Part shown: positions 18,010 through 27,677 of the stretch, one piece after another
Layout: the number at the start of each line of letters is the position of its first letter
Numbering within the stretch: the stretch's first letter is position 1
Source of the DNA: an uncultured delta proteobacterium
GTDB lineage: Bacteria > Desulfobacterota > Binatia > Binatales > Binataceae
DNA: 64,000 bases
NCBI GenBank assembly: GCA_963765675.1
Contig: CAVXXK010000001.1
Location: forward strand, 704,001-768,000
Direction of reading: 5' to 3'
Program-made: the position numbers and the translations under genes
The notes under the pieces: generated by a model
Database searches by the model: none
Told to the model about the DNA's origin: nothing
Seen by the model: only the letters and a program-made list of their open reading frames with translations

Positions 18010-20430
18010 TCAGTTAATGCCCTCGTCGATTACGGCGTCCTGTCGCTCCTCTTCTTTTTGCACCGCCGCGGAGGGCGGTGTTACCGCGATCGTCACCTTA
18101 TCGATCGTGCCGGTAAATTTGTTGTCGCCCTCTTTGTAGTCTTCGCTCACCGGCGTGCCCAGGTCCTCGCCGACATCCTCGGTTTCATCGCCTGAGAAGA
18201 TGAACGGCACGGTGCGATCGATTCGGCCTTCGGCGACCTTTTGGCCGTTCACAAAAAGTTGCCCGCTGCCGCCCTTGCCAACCCCGCCGCCATCATAGTT
18301 GAACTCGAATTTAACCGTGACTTTGCCGGTCGGAAGCGCTTCTTTTGACTCGACTATATAGCGCTCCCGATCAAGCCAGTTATAGCAATACTTCAGCTTC
18401 CCGTCCTTCACATAGAGACTCCATCCGGCGAAGCGTCCGCCCTGCGCGATGATCACGCCTTGCGCACCCTCTTGCGGTATCTCGATTTCCGCGGTGACAG
18501 TGTGCGAGCGATTTTTGATGTCGAGAGTGGCGTTCTCCAGCATCGCGGTCATACCAGGATAAAGTGTCACGGAAGTCCGCCCCCACATCAGCGACGGCCT
18601 ACCCGCCAGTGTCGGCACAAAACGCTCGACACGCCTGTCGTCCAGCGGCAGGACGTTGTACTTTTCTGCCTCTGCGAGAAAGAGGCGTTGAAGTTCCTGA
18701 AGCTTGTCTGGATATTTCGCGGCGAGGTCCTGCGACTGACTAAAATCGTCATTGGTGTTGTAGAGCTCCCACTTATCCTCACTGAACTTGGGCGGCGTGC
18801 CCGCGACGTCCCACGGAATGCTATGCCGGGTCACCGCGGTCCAGCCGTCGTGGTAGATTCCGCGATTGCCGAACATCTCGAAGTATTGAGTTGTATGGGT
18901 TGTCGGCGCTTTAGCATCGGCAAAGGAGTAGACCATGCTCGTCCCTTCCATCGGGCTCTGCTTAATGCCATCGACGGTTTTCGGCTGCGGCAGTTTTGCG
19001 GCGGCCAGGATGGTCGGCGTGATATCGACGACATGATGCCACTGCGTGCGGATACCGCCGGCGTCCTTGATGCTTGCGGGCCACGAAATCACCATGCCGT
19101 TGCGCGTGCCACCGTAATGCGAGGCCACCTGCTTGGTCCACTGGAAGGGCGTATCGCCCGCGAGCGCCCATCCTACCGGAATGTGCGGAAAACTGTTCGG
19201 GCCGCCGATATCGTCGAGATGGGCTAGAATATTTTCGGTGGTGTCGGGAGCCCCGTTAAACGCCGCAATCTCATTGAGAGTCCCTGCCAGGCCGCCCTCC
19301 GCGCTCATGCCGTTGTCGCCAGCGATATAAATGACAAGTGTATTGTCGCGGACTCCCAAGTCTTTGAGACTATCAATCAATCGTCCAACCTCGTGGTCCG
19401 CGTACTCGCCAAAGCCAGCGTAGTTTTCCATTAGCCGCGCCGCGACCTTCTTGTCGTCGGCGCCCAGCTGGTCCCAGTGCTGGACGCTGGCGGGCCAAGG
19501 CGCGAGTCGGGTCGTCGCGGGCACCACGCCGAGCTGCTTCTGGCGCGCCAGCGTCTCCTCGCGATACTTGTCCCATCCCTCATCGAACTTGCCCGCATAC
19601 TTGTCCCGCCACTCTTTGGGCGTGTGGTGCGGTGCATGCAGAGCGCCGGGCGCGAAGTACACAAAGAACGGCTTATCAGGCGTCATCGTATGCTGGAATC
19701 GCATCCAGGCGATCGCCTGGTCGGTCATATCGGTCATGAAGTTGTAGCCTGGGGTGTGCGGGGGCTCGACGTGCGTCACTCCGTCGAAAATTAGCGGCGC
19801 CCACTGATTCGTCTCGCCGCCCAGAAAACCATAGAACTTTTCGAAACCGTCGCCGATCGGCCAGCGCGTGAAGGGTCCCGACACGCTGGTCTCCCAAACC
19901 GGCGTCTGGTGCATCTTGCCGAAGGCTGCGGTGTTGTATCCGTTCAACTTGAGGATTTCGGCGACCGTGGCAGCCTGGTTCGGCCGCATGCCGGTGTTCC
20001 CGGGTGCGCTCGTTGCCAGCTCGGTAATCGATCCCATCCCCACCGAATGATGATTGTGCCCGGTCAGCAGAGCCTCGCGGGTCGGCGAGCAGAGCGCGGT
20101 GGTGTGGAATTGTGTATAGCGCAGGCCCTCCTTCGCGAGCGCGTCCAACGTGGGCATGTTGACGCCGCCGCCGAAAGTGCTCGGCGCACCGAAGCCGATA
20201 TCGTCGAGCAGAATTACGACCACGTTGGGCGCACCCTCGGGCGGCCGGAGTAGCTTGATCGGCGGAAACTTGGCGTCGCGCGCGTCCAGCGGGACTTTGC
20301 CCGGATACTTGTATTGCGTGTCTGGAATCGGCAATTGAGTGCGATCGATTTGTTGCGCCGAAGCGGGGACTGTGCCCGTGCCTATCATCAGGCACAGTGC
20401 GGCTCCGAGGAACAGAAATAATTTTCTCAT
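18010..20430 (-). CDS. Secreted arylsulfatase with C-terminal LamG-like domain
   Basis: PNVVVILLDD, CSPTR formylglycine motif, GDNG, TQYFEMFGNRGIYHDGW. Confidence 0.95.
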   Translation of the reverse strand: MRKLFLFLGAALCLMIGTGTVPASAQQIDRTQLPIPDTQYKYPGKVPLDARDAKFPPIKLLRPPEGAPNVVVILLDDIGFGAPSTFGGGVNMPTLDALAKEGLRYTQFHTTALCSPTREALLTGHNHHSVGMGSITELATSAPGNTGMRPNQAATVAEILKLNGYNTAAFGKMHQTPVWETSVSGPFTRWPIGDGFEKFYGFLGGETNQWAPLIFDGVTHVEPPHTPGYNFMTDMTDQAIAWMRFQHTMTPDKPFFVYFAPGALHAPHHTPKEWRDKYAGKFDEGWDKYREETLARQKQLGVVPATTRLAPWPASVQHWDQLGADDKKVAARLMENYAGFGEYADHEVGRLIDSLKDLGVRDNTLVIYIAGDNGMSAEGGLAGTLNEIAAFNGAPDTTENILAHLDDIGGPNSFPHIPVGWALAGDTPFQWTKQVASHYGGTRNGMVISWPASIKDAGGIRTQWHHVVDITPTILAAAKLPQPKTVDGIKQSPMEGTSMVYSFADAKAPTTHTTQYFEMFGNRGIYHDGWTAVTRHSIPWDVAGTPPKFSEDKWELYNTNDDFSQSQDLAAKYPDKLQELQRLFLAEAEKYNVLPLDDRRVERFVPTLAGRPSLMWGRTSVTLYPGMTAMLENATLDIKNRSHTVTAEIEIPQEGAQGVIIAQGGRFAGWSLYVKDGKLKYCYNWLDRERYIVESKEALPTGKVTVKFEFNYDGGGVGKGGSGQLFVNGQKVAEGRIDRTVPFIFSGDETEDVGEDLGTPVSEDYKEGDNKFTGTIDKVTIAVTPPSAAVQKEEERQDAVIDEGIN

Positions 20431-20793
20431 CTTCGTCGCTCCTCTCAGGCATTTCGCATAGTGGCCTTATCCGCGCCGACCGAACGCGAAAACTTTCAGA
20501 TGTACATACAGCGATATATCAAGCATCCGCCAGCGCCGGCGAGGTCGAGATTTGCGATCGGAAACGGGCACAACCGAGCCCTTGTGGAACGAGTGATGGA
20601 TTTTGGCGCTGAAAAACAGGCGCAGTATGTTTTATATGGCTCTGTGCGCTCTTTGCGGAAATTGAAGGAGCGTCGTTCACTCGGGAATCATTCTCATTAA
20701 GTATTTCTTACAAGGACGTATCGTCCCGGCGACGGTCAAACTACCTAAGCGTCAGAAGCCAAATGGCTAGATTACGCCCGAGCCGCAAGCGTG

Positions 20794-20976
20794 GAGACAT
20801 TTCCTGGCGAAATAGTGACCCGTTGACCCGGCCAAACGCCTCGTCACCCTCGAGGGTCGCGGACGGGAAGGTCTTAACGCTCGAAGTTGAGAGAGAGGAG
20901 GATCTCACCGCGGCGAACCAGGAGATTACGCTCAAAGCGCCGGATGGCAGCCTCGAGACGATAATGGTTTCAACCC
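20794..20976 (+). pseudogene. Decayed remnant of a two-repeat beta-barrel/OB-like protein
   Basis: Across frameshifts reads GEIVT/VDPAKRLVTLEG/ADGKVLTLEV...ANQEITLKAPDGSLETIMV, two copies of a TL-x-x-x-DG repeat. Confidence 0.45.
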
Positions 20977-21090
20977 TAAATCGTCAGGCGCTGGCCTTAT
21001 CTCTCGAAAAGGAGGGTTGTTTAAAGGTACAAATGAAGCCAATCAAACGTCGACTAGAGAAGACCTTGGTGTGGACTTACGAGTTTCAGC

Positions 21091-21951
21091 ATGAACCGAT
21101 CACTCGTGATGATAACTCTGGCCCTGCTGGTTTGGAGCTTTGGTCCCGAGTGTATGGCTCAGCAGACTGCGACGCCGAGCAACATCCTGGCCGAGAGTGT
21201 GAGCGAGGAGGTTAACGACCCCACTGCCAGTCTCACCCAGGCGCAGCTCCAGGAGTTTTTTACTCCATCTCAATTCGGCACCAACGCTCAGTCCAACGCG
21301 CTGCAGGGCAGGTTCATCCTCGCGGTTCTCCCACACGGACCTCTGCCTCTCGCGCAGATTGTGAGACCCACGTTTTCCCTGCTCACCATCCCTCAAAACA
21401 AGGGCACGTCGACCCGCACCGAATTCGGCGACTCGCAACTCTTAGATCTATTTGTGATGCCGCGTTCGATCACGGAAGGGATCGATTTCAGATGGGCAAT
21501 AGGACCCTACTTTGTCTTTCCCACTGCGACTTCAAAATTGGCGGGACCAGGCGCATGGCAGGTCGGCCCGGCCGCGGCATTCCGGTACCGTCCCATTTCC
21601 AGGTTGCTGATTTCAGGGCTGATGCAGCAGGCAACTTCGTTTGCGTATACGTCCTCACAGCGAACTCCCATCTCCAGATTAACCTTCCAGCCAATGATCA
21701 GTTATCAGTTGGGACGTGGCTGGTACGCGAGATCGAGCGACGCGATTTGGAGCTTTAACCTGCGCCACGCCACTTCAACCATCATTCCGATTAGCGCTGG
21801 AGTTGGAAAGGTTTGGAACCTTTCCAACGGTGAGGCAATCAATGGCTCAATCGCACCTGAGTGGATGGCGTACCGACAATTTGCTCCCCGGGCCGAGCAA
21901 TTCACTCTGAAGTTCCAAGTGACTTTGCTGTTTCCCGCGGCGGAGCTGTGA
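21091..21951 (+). CDS. Secreted putative beta-barrel protein ('neuromedin U-like' family found beside sulfatases)
   Basis: Signal peptide, NDP motif, IGPYFVFPTAT, WQVGPAA, C-terminal LKFQVTLLFP. Confidence 0.65.
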   Translation: MNRSLVMITLALLVWSFGPECMAQQTATPSNILAESVSEEVNDPTASLTQAQLQEFFTPSQFGTNAQSNALQGRFILAVLPHGPLPLAQIVRPTFSLLTIPQNKGTSTRTEFGDSQLLDLFVMPRSITEGIDFRWAIGPYFVFPTATSKLAGPGAWQVGPAAAFRYRPISRLLISGLMQQATSFAYTSSQRTPISRLTFQPMISYQLGRGWYARSSDAIWSFNLRHATSTIIPISAGVGKVWNLSNGEAINGSIAPEWMAYRQFAPRAEQFTLKFQVTLLFPAAEL

Positions 21952-21976
21952 GTTGGGGCCAGGAAGGGAGGACGAC

Positions 21977-22483
21977 CTAGCGCAGAAACCTTTTGTACGA
22001 TTCCGGCAGTGGAATATCGAATCGCTCGCACAAGGCCTGAACATCGCGGAAATCTTTTTCGTCCGGTTCGTATTGGGTATGGAACTTTACTGCCCATGGC
22101 GCGGATATGCACTTGACGGAATAGCCATTGATCACACCCGTGCCGGTCAGCGAGTCGAGCGGATATGGAATTCCGTTAACGAAGTTCCCCTGAGCGTCGA
22201 ACGTATAGGCATGTACATCGAGCTTGCGCCCGTTCGAATCTGAAAGAACGAAATTGAATTCCGTCGCATCCGCGCGCGGAAGCTCTCGGTAGCCATGCGC
22301 TCCCAATAGTTTGCGCAGGGCCGGCACGTCCTTGTGCTGCACTGCCACGTCCAGATCTTCGTGGGACCGCGTTTGCCGGCCAAGCAACGCGTCGACGCCC
22401 CAACCTCCGTCAACATGTACGGCAATGCCTTCTTCCTGAAGCAGGAGAATTAATTCGACGGCCTCTTCATCGCGCAAGTTCAA
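21977..22483 (-). CDS. Aminoglycoside/lincosamide nucleotidyltransferase family protein (ANT(2'')/Lnu-like)
   Basis: DGGWGVDALLGRQTRSHEDLD, LDVH, KFHTQY..DEKDFRDV. Confidence 0.85.
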   Translation of the reverse strand: MNLRDEEAVELILLLQEEGIAVHVDGGWGVDALLGRQTRSHEDLDVAVQHKDVPALRKLLGAHGYRELPRADATEFNFVLSDSNGRKLDVHAYTFDAQGNFVNGIPYPLDSLTGTGVINGYSVKCISAPWAVKFHTQYEPDEKDFRDVQALCERFDIPLPESYKRFLR

Positions 22484-22502
22484 TTCACCTCACTTTCCCC
22501 GA

Positions 22503-22943
22503 TCAGTCTTCAGCGCCAGCGGTGGCCTTCGGATCGGCGGTTTTTGGCGGTGTGAGCAGGTACTTCATCGCGTAATCCGGATCGCCGCCCGCCTCTACCC
22601 AGATTGCCAGATTGGCGAGCGTCGGATCGTTGCGCGCGTTCGCCGTATCGCGCAGGATTCCAACCGTCGCCGCGCGTTCGCTGTCGAGCTGATCCTGCTT
22701 GGCGCGCAGAGTCTCAGCCTGCGCCTGTGTCAACTGTGCTTGCGCCTTAATTTGCTCGATATTCGCGTTGTTGAGATCAATCTGGGATTGGCTTGCGAAA
22801 TATCCCGTGGTGGTGCTGCCTGCCGTTCCGGTGAGCGAGCTGAGACCCTCGACCGCGGGAGAGGCTAGCGGAGCCGCCGCCGCGAAACATCCTTGCATCA
22901 GTGGAAGAGCCAGGCAGATAAATATTGGAACGATCCTGCGCAT
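22503..22943 (-). CDS. Hypothetical lipoprotein with coiled coil
   Basis: GAGGAG RBS, lipobox MQGC, Q/A-rich heptads. Confidence 0.65.
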   Translation of the reverse strand: MRRIVPIFICLALPLMQGCFAAAAPLASPAVEGLSSLTGTAGSTTTGYFASQSQIDLNNANIEQIKAQAQLTQAQAETLRAKQDQLDSERAATVGILRDTANARNDPTLANLAIWVEAGGDPDYAMKYLLTPPKTADPKATAGAED

Positions 22944-23132
22944 GAATAACTCCTCACAAAAGATTTATTCATCAATATAATTCTAGCCCATATGATTGCG
23001 GGCGAAGCCAGAACTTTTCGCACGGCAATCCGCGCGATCCATTACGCGGTTCGCGATAGAGCGGTCGCGTCCGCCTATGCTATACGGAAAAAGTTCGAAC
23101 ATCCCGGTTCTCATAACGACTGGAGGTAGATC

Positions 23133-23873
23133 GTGATCGAACAAGCTATCGAGATTAAGACGGCCGATGGCACCGCTGACGGATTCATCTTCAGGCCCGA
23201 CGGCACGGCCAAACTTCCCGGTGTTATCCATCTAACCGATATCGGCGGAATCCGGCCTTCGCATCGCACGCTGGCTGAGCGCGTCGCCGCCAAGGGCTAC
23301 GTGGTGTTGATGCCAAACGTGTTCTACCGGACCGGGCGTCCTCCCATGTTCGACTTCACGCCGAAGATGGGCGAAGAACGCACCATGAAACGCTTCGGAC
23401 AGCTCGCCGCCCCGATGACGCCCGAGGCCCAGGAACGCGACGCCGCCGCGTATGTCGATTTTCTGGCTGCGCACGCCGGCGTAAGCGGCGGCAAAATGGG
23501 AGTCGTGGGATACTGCTTCACGGGAGGGATGGCGATGCGCACCGGCGCCGTGCGGCCGGAAAAGATCGGCGCGGTGGCTTCGTTTCACGGCGGCGGCCTG
23601 TATACCGAAACGCCCGCCAGTCCGCATCACGTGCTGCCGCGCGTGAAGGCGCGGCTCTACTTCGGCCACGCGATTAAGGATCCGAGCATGCCCGAGGATG
23701 CGATCAAGAAACTCGACGCCGCGCTCGCGGCGTGGGGCGGCAAATCCCAGAGCGAGGTTTACGACGACGCCTATCATGGTTGGACGACTCCAGACGCGCC
23801 GGTCTATAACCAACACCAAGCCGAACGCGCGTTCGAAAAGCTGATCGCGCTATTCGCCGAAACTCTGAAATAG
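23133..23873 (+). CDS. Dienelactone hydrolase family protein
   Basis: GYCFTGG, SFHGG, AYHGW; GGAGG RBS. Confidence 0.9.
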   Translation: MIEQAIEIKTADGTADGFIFRPDGTAKLPGVIHLTDIGGIRPSHRTLAERVAAKGYVVLMPNVFYRTGRPPMFDFTPKMGEERTMKRFGQLAAPMTPEAQERDAAAYVDFLAAHAGVSGGKMGVVGYCFTGGMAMRTGAVRPEKIGAVASFHGGGLYTETPASPHHVLPRVKARLYFGHAIKDPSMPEDAIKKLDAALAAWGGKSQSEVYDDAYHGWTTPDAPVYNQHQAERAFEKLIALFAETLK

Positions 23874-23894
23874 TTTGCCTGGAGAAAACCCACG

Positions 23895-24674
23895 ATGGGG
23901 CGGCTTGACGGAAAAATTGTTCTGATAATCGGCGGCGGAGCCGACGGCCCGCCCCGCGAAGGCGAGACCGTCGCAATCGGCAACGGACGCGCCACCGCGA
24001 TCCAGTGCGCCCGCGAAGGCGCTGCGGTGATGGCCGCTGATTTGAAGCTTGAGCTAGCCCAGGAGACCGTCGCAGCGATTCGCGCCGAGGGCGGACGCGC
24101 GGCTGCGGTCGCATGCGATGCGAGCCGCGAAGAGGATTGCCGGGCGGCGGTCGAGGCGGCAGTGCGTGAATTTGGCGCACTGCATCTGCTGGTCAACAAT
24201 GTCGGAATCGGAATCGGTGGAAATTTGCTCAAAACCTCGACCGAGGCTTTCGACAAAATGTACGCGGTCAACCTGCGCAGCCATTTCCTGACAATGCGCT
24301 ACGCGGCGCCAGAAATCGCTAAAGCTGGCGGCGGCGCGATCGTGAACGTCTCCTCGATGGCGGCGCTGCGCAGCAACTCTCTCATCCCATACGAAGCCAC
24401 AAAGGCCGCGCTTCTTGGGCTCTCGCGATCGGCCGCAATGACGCTGGCGCGCGACAAGATCCGCGTCAACACGATCCTGCCGGGGCTCATCAACTCGACC
24501 ATGGTCCGGCGCGCGATCGGCGATCGCGAGGCGGCGGTAGCACCGCGAATCCCGATGCGTCGGCAAGGCACGCCCTGGGAAATTGCGAAGGCTATTGTGT
24601 TCCTGCTCTCCGACGACGCGTCGTACATCACAGCTACCGAGTTGATCGTGGACGGCGGCCTGTCCGCACGCTGA
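23895..24674 (+). CDS. Short-chain dehydrogenase/reductase
   Basis: GNGRA, NNVG, YEATK, IRVNTILPG. Confidence 0.9.
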   Translation: MGRLDGKIVLIIGGGADGPPREGETVAIGNGRATAIQCAREGAAVMAADLKLELAQETVAAIRAEGGRAAAVACDASREEDCRAAVEAAVREFGALHLLVNNVGIGIGGNLLKTSTEAFDKMYAVNLRSHFLTMRYAAPEIAKAGGGAIVNVSSMAALRSNSLIPYEATKAALLGLSRSAAMTLARDKIRVNTILPGLINSTMVRRAIGDREAAVAPRIPMRRQGTPWEIAKAIVFLLSDDASYITATELIVDGGLSAR

Positions 24675-24785
24675 GGCCCGCATCTCGCGCCGCTCGGCGG
24701 TACCTGTTCGCCCCGATGCCCGCGGTATATGGTGAGGTATATTGATAAGCGGTTAAGAGCCCAACAGCCTCGATAGGTGACGCGG

Positions 24786-25658
24786 ATGCCGGTTGAATAT
24801 ATTCCCCGCACACGCAAACTTTATGACGAGTTCGCGCCCTACCGGTGGGTGGAAAACGACGCCGCTTCGATCCCGTGGACACCTCTCGCCAAGCCGCTTC
24901 GTGAGTCGCGCGTCGCACTGATCAGTTCAGGCGGAATCATGTACCGTGATCAGCCTCGCTTTCATCGCGAGGACGCGTCGTACCGACGAATCCCGAAGAA
25001 CGCGCGCCGCGAAGATCTGAGCATATGGCATTTCGGCTACAAAACCGCCGACGCCGAGAAAGATCCCAATTGTGTCTTCCCGCTAGAGCCGATGCGCACG
25101 CTCGAACGCGAGGGAGTTATCGGCGAGTTGTGCGATCCTGCGCTGAGTTTCATGGGCGGTATCTATTCGGCGCGCAAGGTGCGCGACGAACTCGCGCCCC
25201 AAATCGTTGATGAACTCCATCGCGCGCACGCCGACGCCTTCTTTTTGGTGCCCGCATGACCCGTATGCCATCAGTCCGTTGGACTGATTGCCCGCGCGGT
25301 CGAGGAGAGCGGAATTCCGACTCTATCGATGACCTCGGCGCTCGATATCACGCAGGCGGTCAAACCGCCGCGCGCAGTGTTCCTGAACTTTCCGCTGGGG
25401 CATCAGACCGGCAAGCCAAGCGACCCCGAATTGCAGCACCGGATCGTCAGCGACGCGATGCGCGCGTTCGAGGCGATCAACCGGCCCGGTGCGATCATCG
25501 AACTGCCCTACGTCTGGGATCCGAACGATCGCACGTGGGAAGAAATCGATTACACCAAGGGATGGATGCCTGAGCGGCCGCCACGCGAGGATGCCGACCT
25601 CATTGAGGCCGAGCGCGTCGCCAAATGGACGCAAGGCGGACCGAAAGATCGCGGGTGA
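24786..25658 (+). CDS. PrdB/GrdB-like selenoprotein (Sec at TGA 25257-25259, UPVC motif)
   Basis: ORFs 24777..25259 and 25329..25658 are in frame; read-through gives FFLVPA-U-PVCHQSVGLIARAVEESGIPT, matching the UxxC site of the proline/glycine reductase B family; downstream hairpin; tRNA-Sec in the window. Confidence 0.9.
25270..25288 (+). promoter_or_regulatory. Candidate bacterial SECIS element
   Basis: ATCAGTCC-GTT-GGACTGAT perfect 8-bp stem starting 11 nt after the UGA, with G-U in the apical loop. Confidence 0.75.
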
Positions 25659-25691
25659 ACGTTTTCGAACGATCGAGCGGAGGAGGACAGG

Positions 25692-26081
25692 ATGATGAGT
25701 GGTAGTATTGCGACAATAATGGGGCTCGCGTTGCTCGAATATTTAATACTCGGAGGCATGGTCGGACGAGCGCGCGGTACGTATAACGTCCCGGCGCCAG
25801 CCACTACGGGCGATCCGATTTTCGAGCGCTACTTCCGGGTGCATCAGAACACGCTTGAGTCGCTGATCGTATTTATTCCGGCGTTGTGGCTGTTCGCCAT
25901 TTACCTGAACAAGCCAATCGCGATCGCGCTCGGGCTGATTTTCATTGCCGCGCGAATCATCTATGCGGCTGGATATATCAAGGCGCCCGAGAAACGCGCG
26001 GCTGGCGCGGGCCTCACGTTCCTGGTAAACGCGGCCCTCGTGATCGGCGGCCTGGTCGGAATCGCCATCCACAAGCTGTAG
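25692..26081 (+). CDS. MAPEG family membrane protein
   Basis: VPAPATTGDPIFERYFRVHQNTLE, RIIYAAGY. Confidence 0.9.
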   Translation: MMSGSIATIMGLALLEYLILGGMVGRARGTYNVPAPATTGDPIFERYFRVHQNTLESLIVFIPALWLFAIYLNKPIAIALGLIFIAARIIYAAGYIKAPEKRAAGAGLTFLVNAALVIGGLVGIAIHKL

Positions 26082-26289
26082 CGCGACCGGGTAGCGGAAC
26101 GCGTCCACGATCATAATCCCCGCGCGCGGGAGCCACGCTCGCGGGGAATTACTTTCCAAAGATGGCGGACAGGTTTACGGCCCGCGCCCGAGCGGCTAGA
26201 GTCGGGGATCTGCGCCGGCATTTTTCGGCGCGAGAATTCCTGCGCGTAGATTCCCGTCAAGATATCTTAAACAAGGAGACTCATCTTCA

Positions 26290-26814
26290 ATGGCTCAAGA
26301 ACGCAAAGGCGCCGTCACGATGCGCGGCAATCCCATGACCCTGGTCGGCCCCGAAATCAAAGTTGGACAAAAGGCTCCCGCCTTCGCCTCAGTCGGCAAG
26401 GGTCTCGCGCCCGCGTCGCTGGATCAGTTCAAGGGCAAGGTCAAGATCATCAGCGCCGTGCCCTCGATCGATACCCCCGTGTGCGACGCAGAAACCCGGC
26501 GCTTCAACGAGGAAGCCTCGAAGCTTCCCGGCGATGTGCAGATCCTGACCATCTCGATGGATCTGCCGTTCGCGCAGGCGCGATGGTGCGGCGCGGCGGG
26601 CGTCGACAAGATCACAATGCTCAGCGACTACCGGGCGGCCGAGTTCGGGGAAAAATACGGCGCGCTCATAAAGGAGCTGCATCTGCTCGCGCGGGCGGTG
26701 TTCGTGGTCGACAAGAACGACAACGTTACCCACGTCGAGTATGTGAAGGAAGTCGCGAACCATCCGGACTACGACGCCGCGCTCAACGCCGCGAAAAAAG
26801 CGGCGGCCGCCTGA
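26290..26814 (+). CDS. tpx: Thiol peroxidase (atypical 2-Cys peroxiredoxin)
   Basis: VPSIDTPVC, SMDLPFAQARWC, LARAVFV. Confidence 0.95.
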   Translation: MAQERKGAVTMRGNPMTLVGPEIKVGQKAPAFASVGKGLAPASLDQFKGKVKIISAVPSIDTPVCDAETRRFNEEASKLPGDVQILTISMDLPFAQARWCGAAGVDKITMLSDYRAAEFGEKYGALIKELHLLARAVFVVDKNDNVTHVEYVKEVANHPDYDAALNAAKKAAAA

Positions 26815-27671
26815 TGCCGGACGCGACTCGTAAGCGTCCGGCGAGATCGTCTACGGCATCCGTTTCGGCGCCTAAACTCTCGCCAGTCACGCCCAGGCGT
26901 GGCTTGACCGGCGATGCGGGCGCGCGAGGCACGCGCACGCACGAGTTCCCGATAAATCTGAAGCGGGGATTGTACGAGGCGATTTTCCATCGCCGCGACA
27001 TCCGCGAGTTTCTGCCAGGCCCGATTCCTGACGCGACCCTGGCGCGAGTGTTGATCGCGGCGCATCATGCGGCCAGCGTCGGCTTCACGCAGCCGTGGGA
27101 TTTTATCGTGATCCGCGACCGCCCGCGCCGGGAGAAGGTGAAGCAGGTCTTCGAGACCGAACGCGCCAAGAACGCCGCCAAGTTCTCGGGCGCGCGCCGC
27201 GAGAAATTCCTCTCGCTCAAGCTCGAGGGCATTCTCGACGCTCCGATCAACTTGCTCGTCACCTGCACTCCCGGCCGTTTCGGCAAGAGCGTGCTCGGCA
27301 AGGTCAGTATCCGCGAGGTTGAGATCTATTCCGCATGCCTCGCGGTCGAGAATATCTGGCTCGCTGCGCGCGCCGAGGGCCTTGGAGTCGGATGGGTCAG
27401 TATCCTGCGAAACGACGCGTTGGCGGAAATTTTCGCGATCCCGCAGGACGTGATTCCTCTGGCCTACCTGTGCGTCGGCTACGTGAAGGATTTTCCGCTG
27501 CGTCCTCTGCTCGCGACTGCAGGATGGGCCGAGCGGCTGCCGCCGCGCGAATTGATTCACCTTGATTCATGGACGGGAACCGCTGACCGATCAGACGCGC
27601 TGGTGCGCGAGATCGAAAACCCCAAGATCTGGAGCGGGATCCTGCCTGACGAAGTGCCCGCAGAGCAGTAG
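26814..27671 (+). CDS. bluB: 5,6-dimethylbenzimidazole synthase
   Basis: RRDIREF, AASVGFTQPWDF, LKLEGILDAP, WLAARAEGLGVGWVSIL; ATG overlaps the tpx stop. Confidence 0.9.
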   Translation: MPDATRKRPARSSTASVSAPKLSPVTPRRGLTGDAGARGTRTHEFPINLKRGLYEAIFHRRDIREFLPGPIPDATLARVLIAAHHAASVGFTQPWDFIVIRDRPRREKVKQVFETERAKNAAKFSGARREKFLSLKLEGILDAPINLLVTCTPGRFGKSVLGKVSIREVEIYSACLAVENIWLAARAEGLGVGWVSILRNDALAEIFAIPQDVIPLAYLCVGYVKDFPLRPLLATAGWAERLPPRELIHLDSWTGTADRSDALVREIENPKIWSGILPDEVPAEQ

Positions 27672-27677
27672 GCGCGC

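Noticed and set aside
20763-21215. 150-aa ORF as an intact gene
   Set aside because: Only the middle is protein-like (pseudogene remnant) and the end overlaps the next gene
16121-22943. Genomic island integrated at selC
   Set aside because: The accessory-looking genes lie on the 5' side of the tRNA; no integrase or duplicated tRNA 3' end seen
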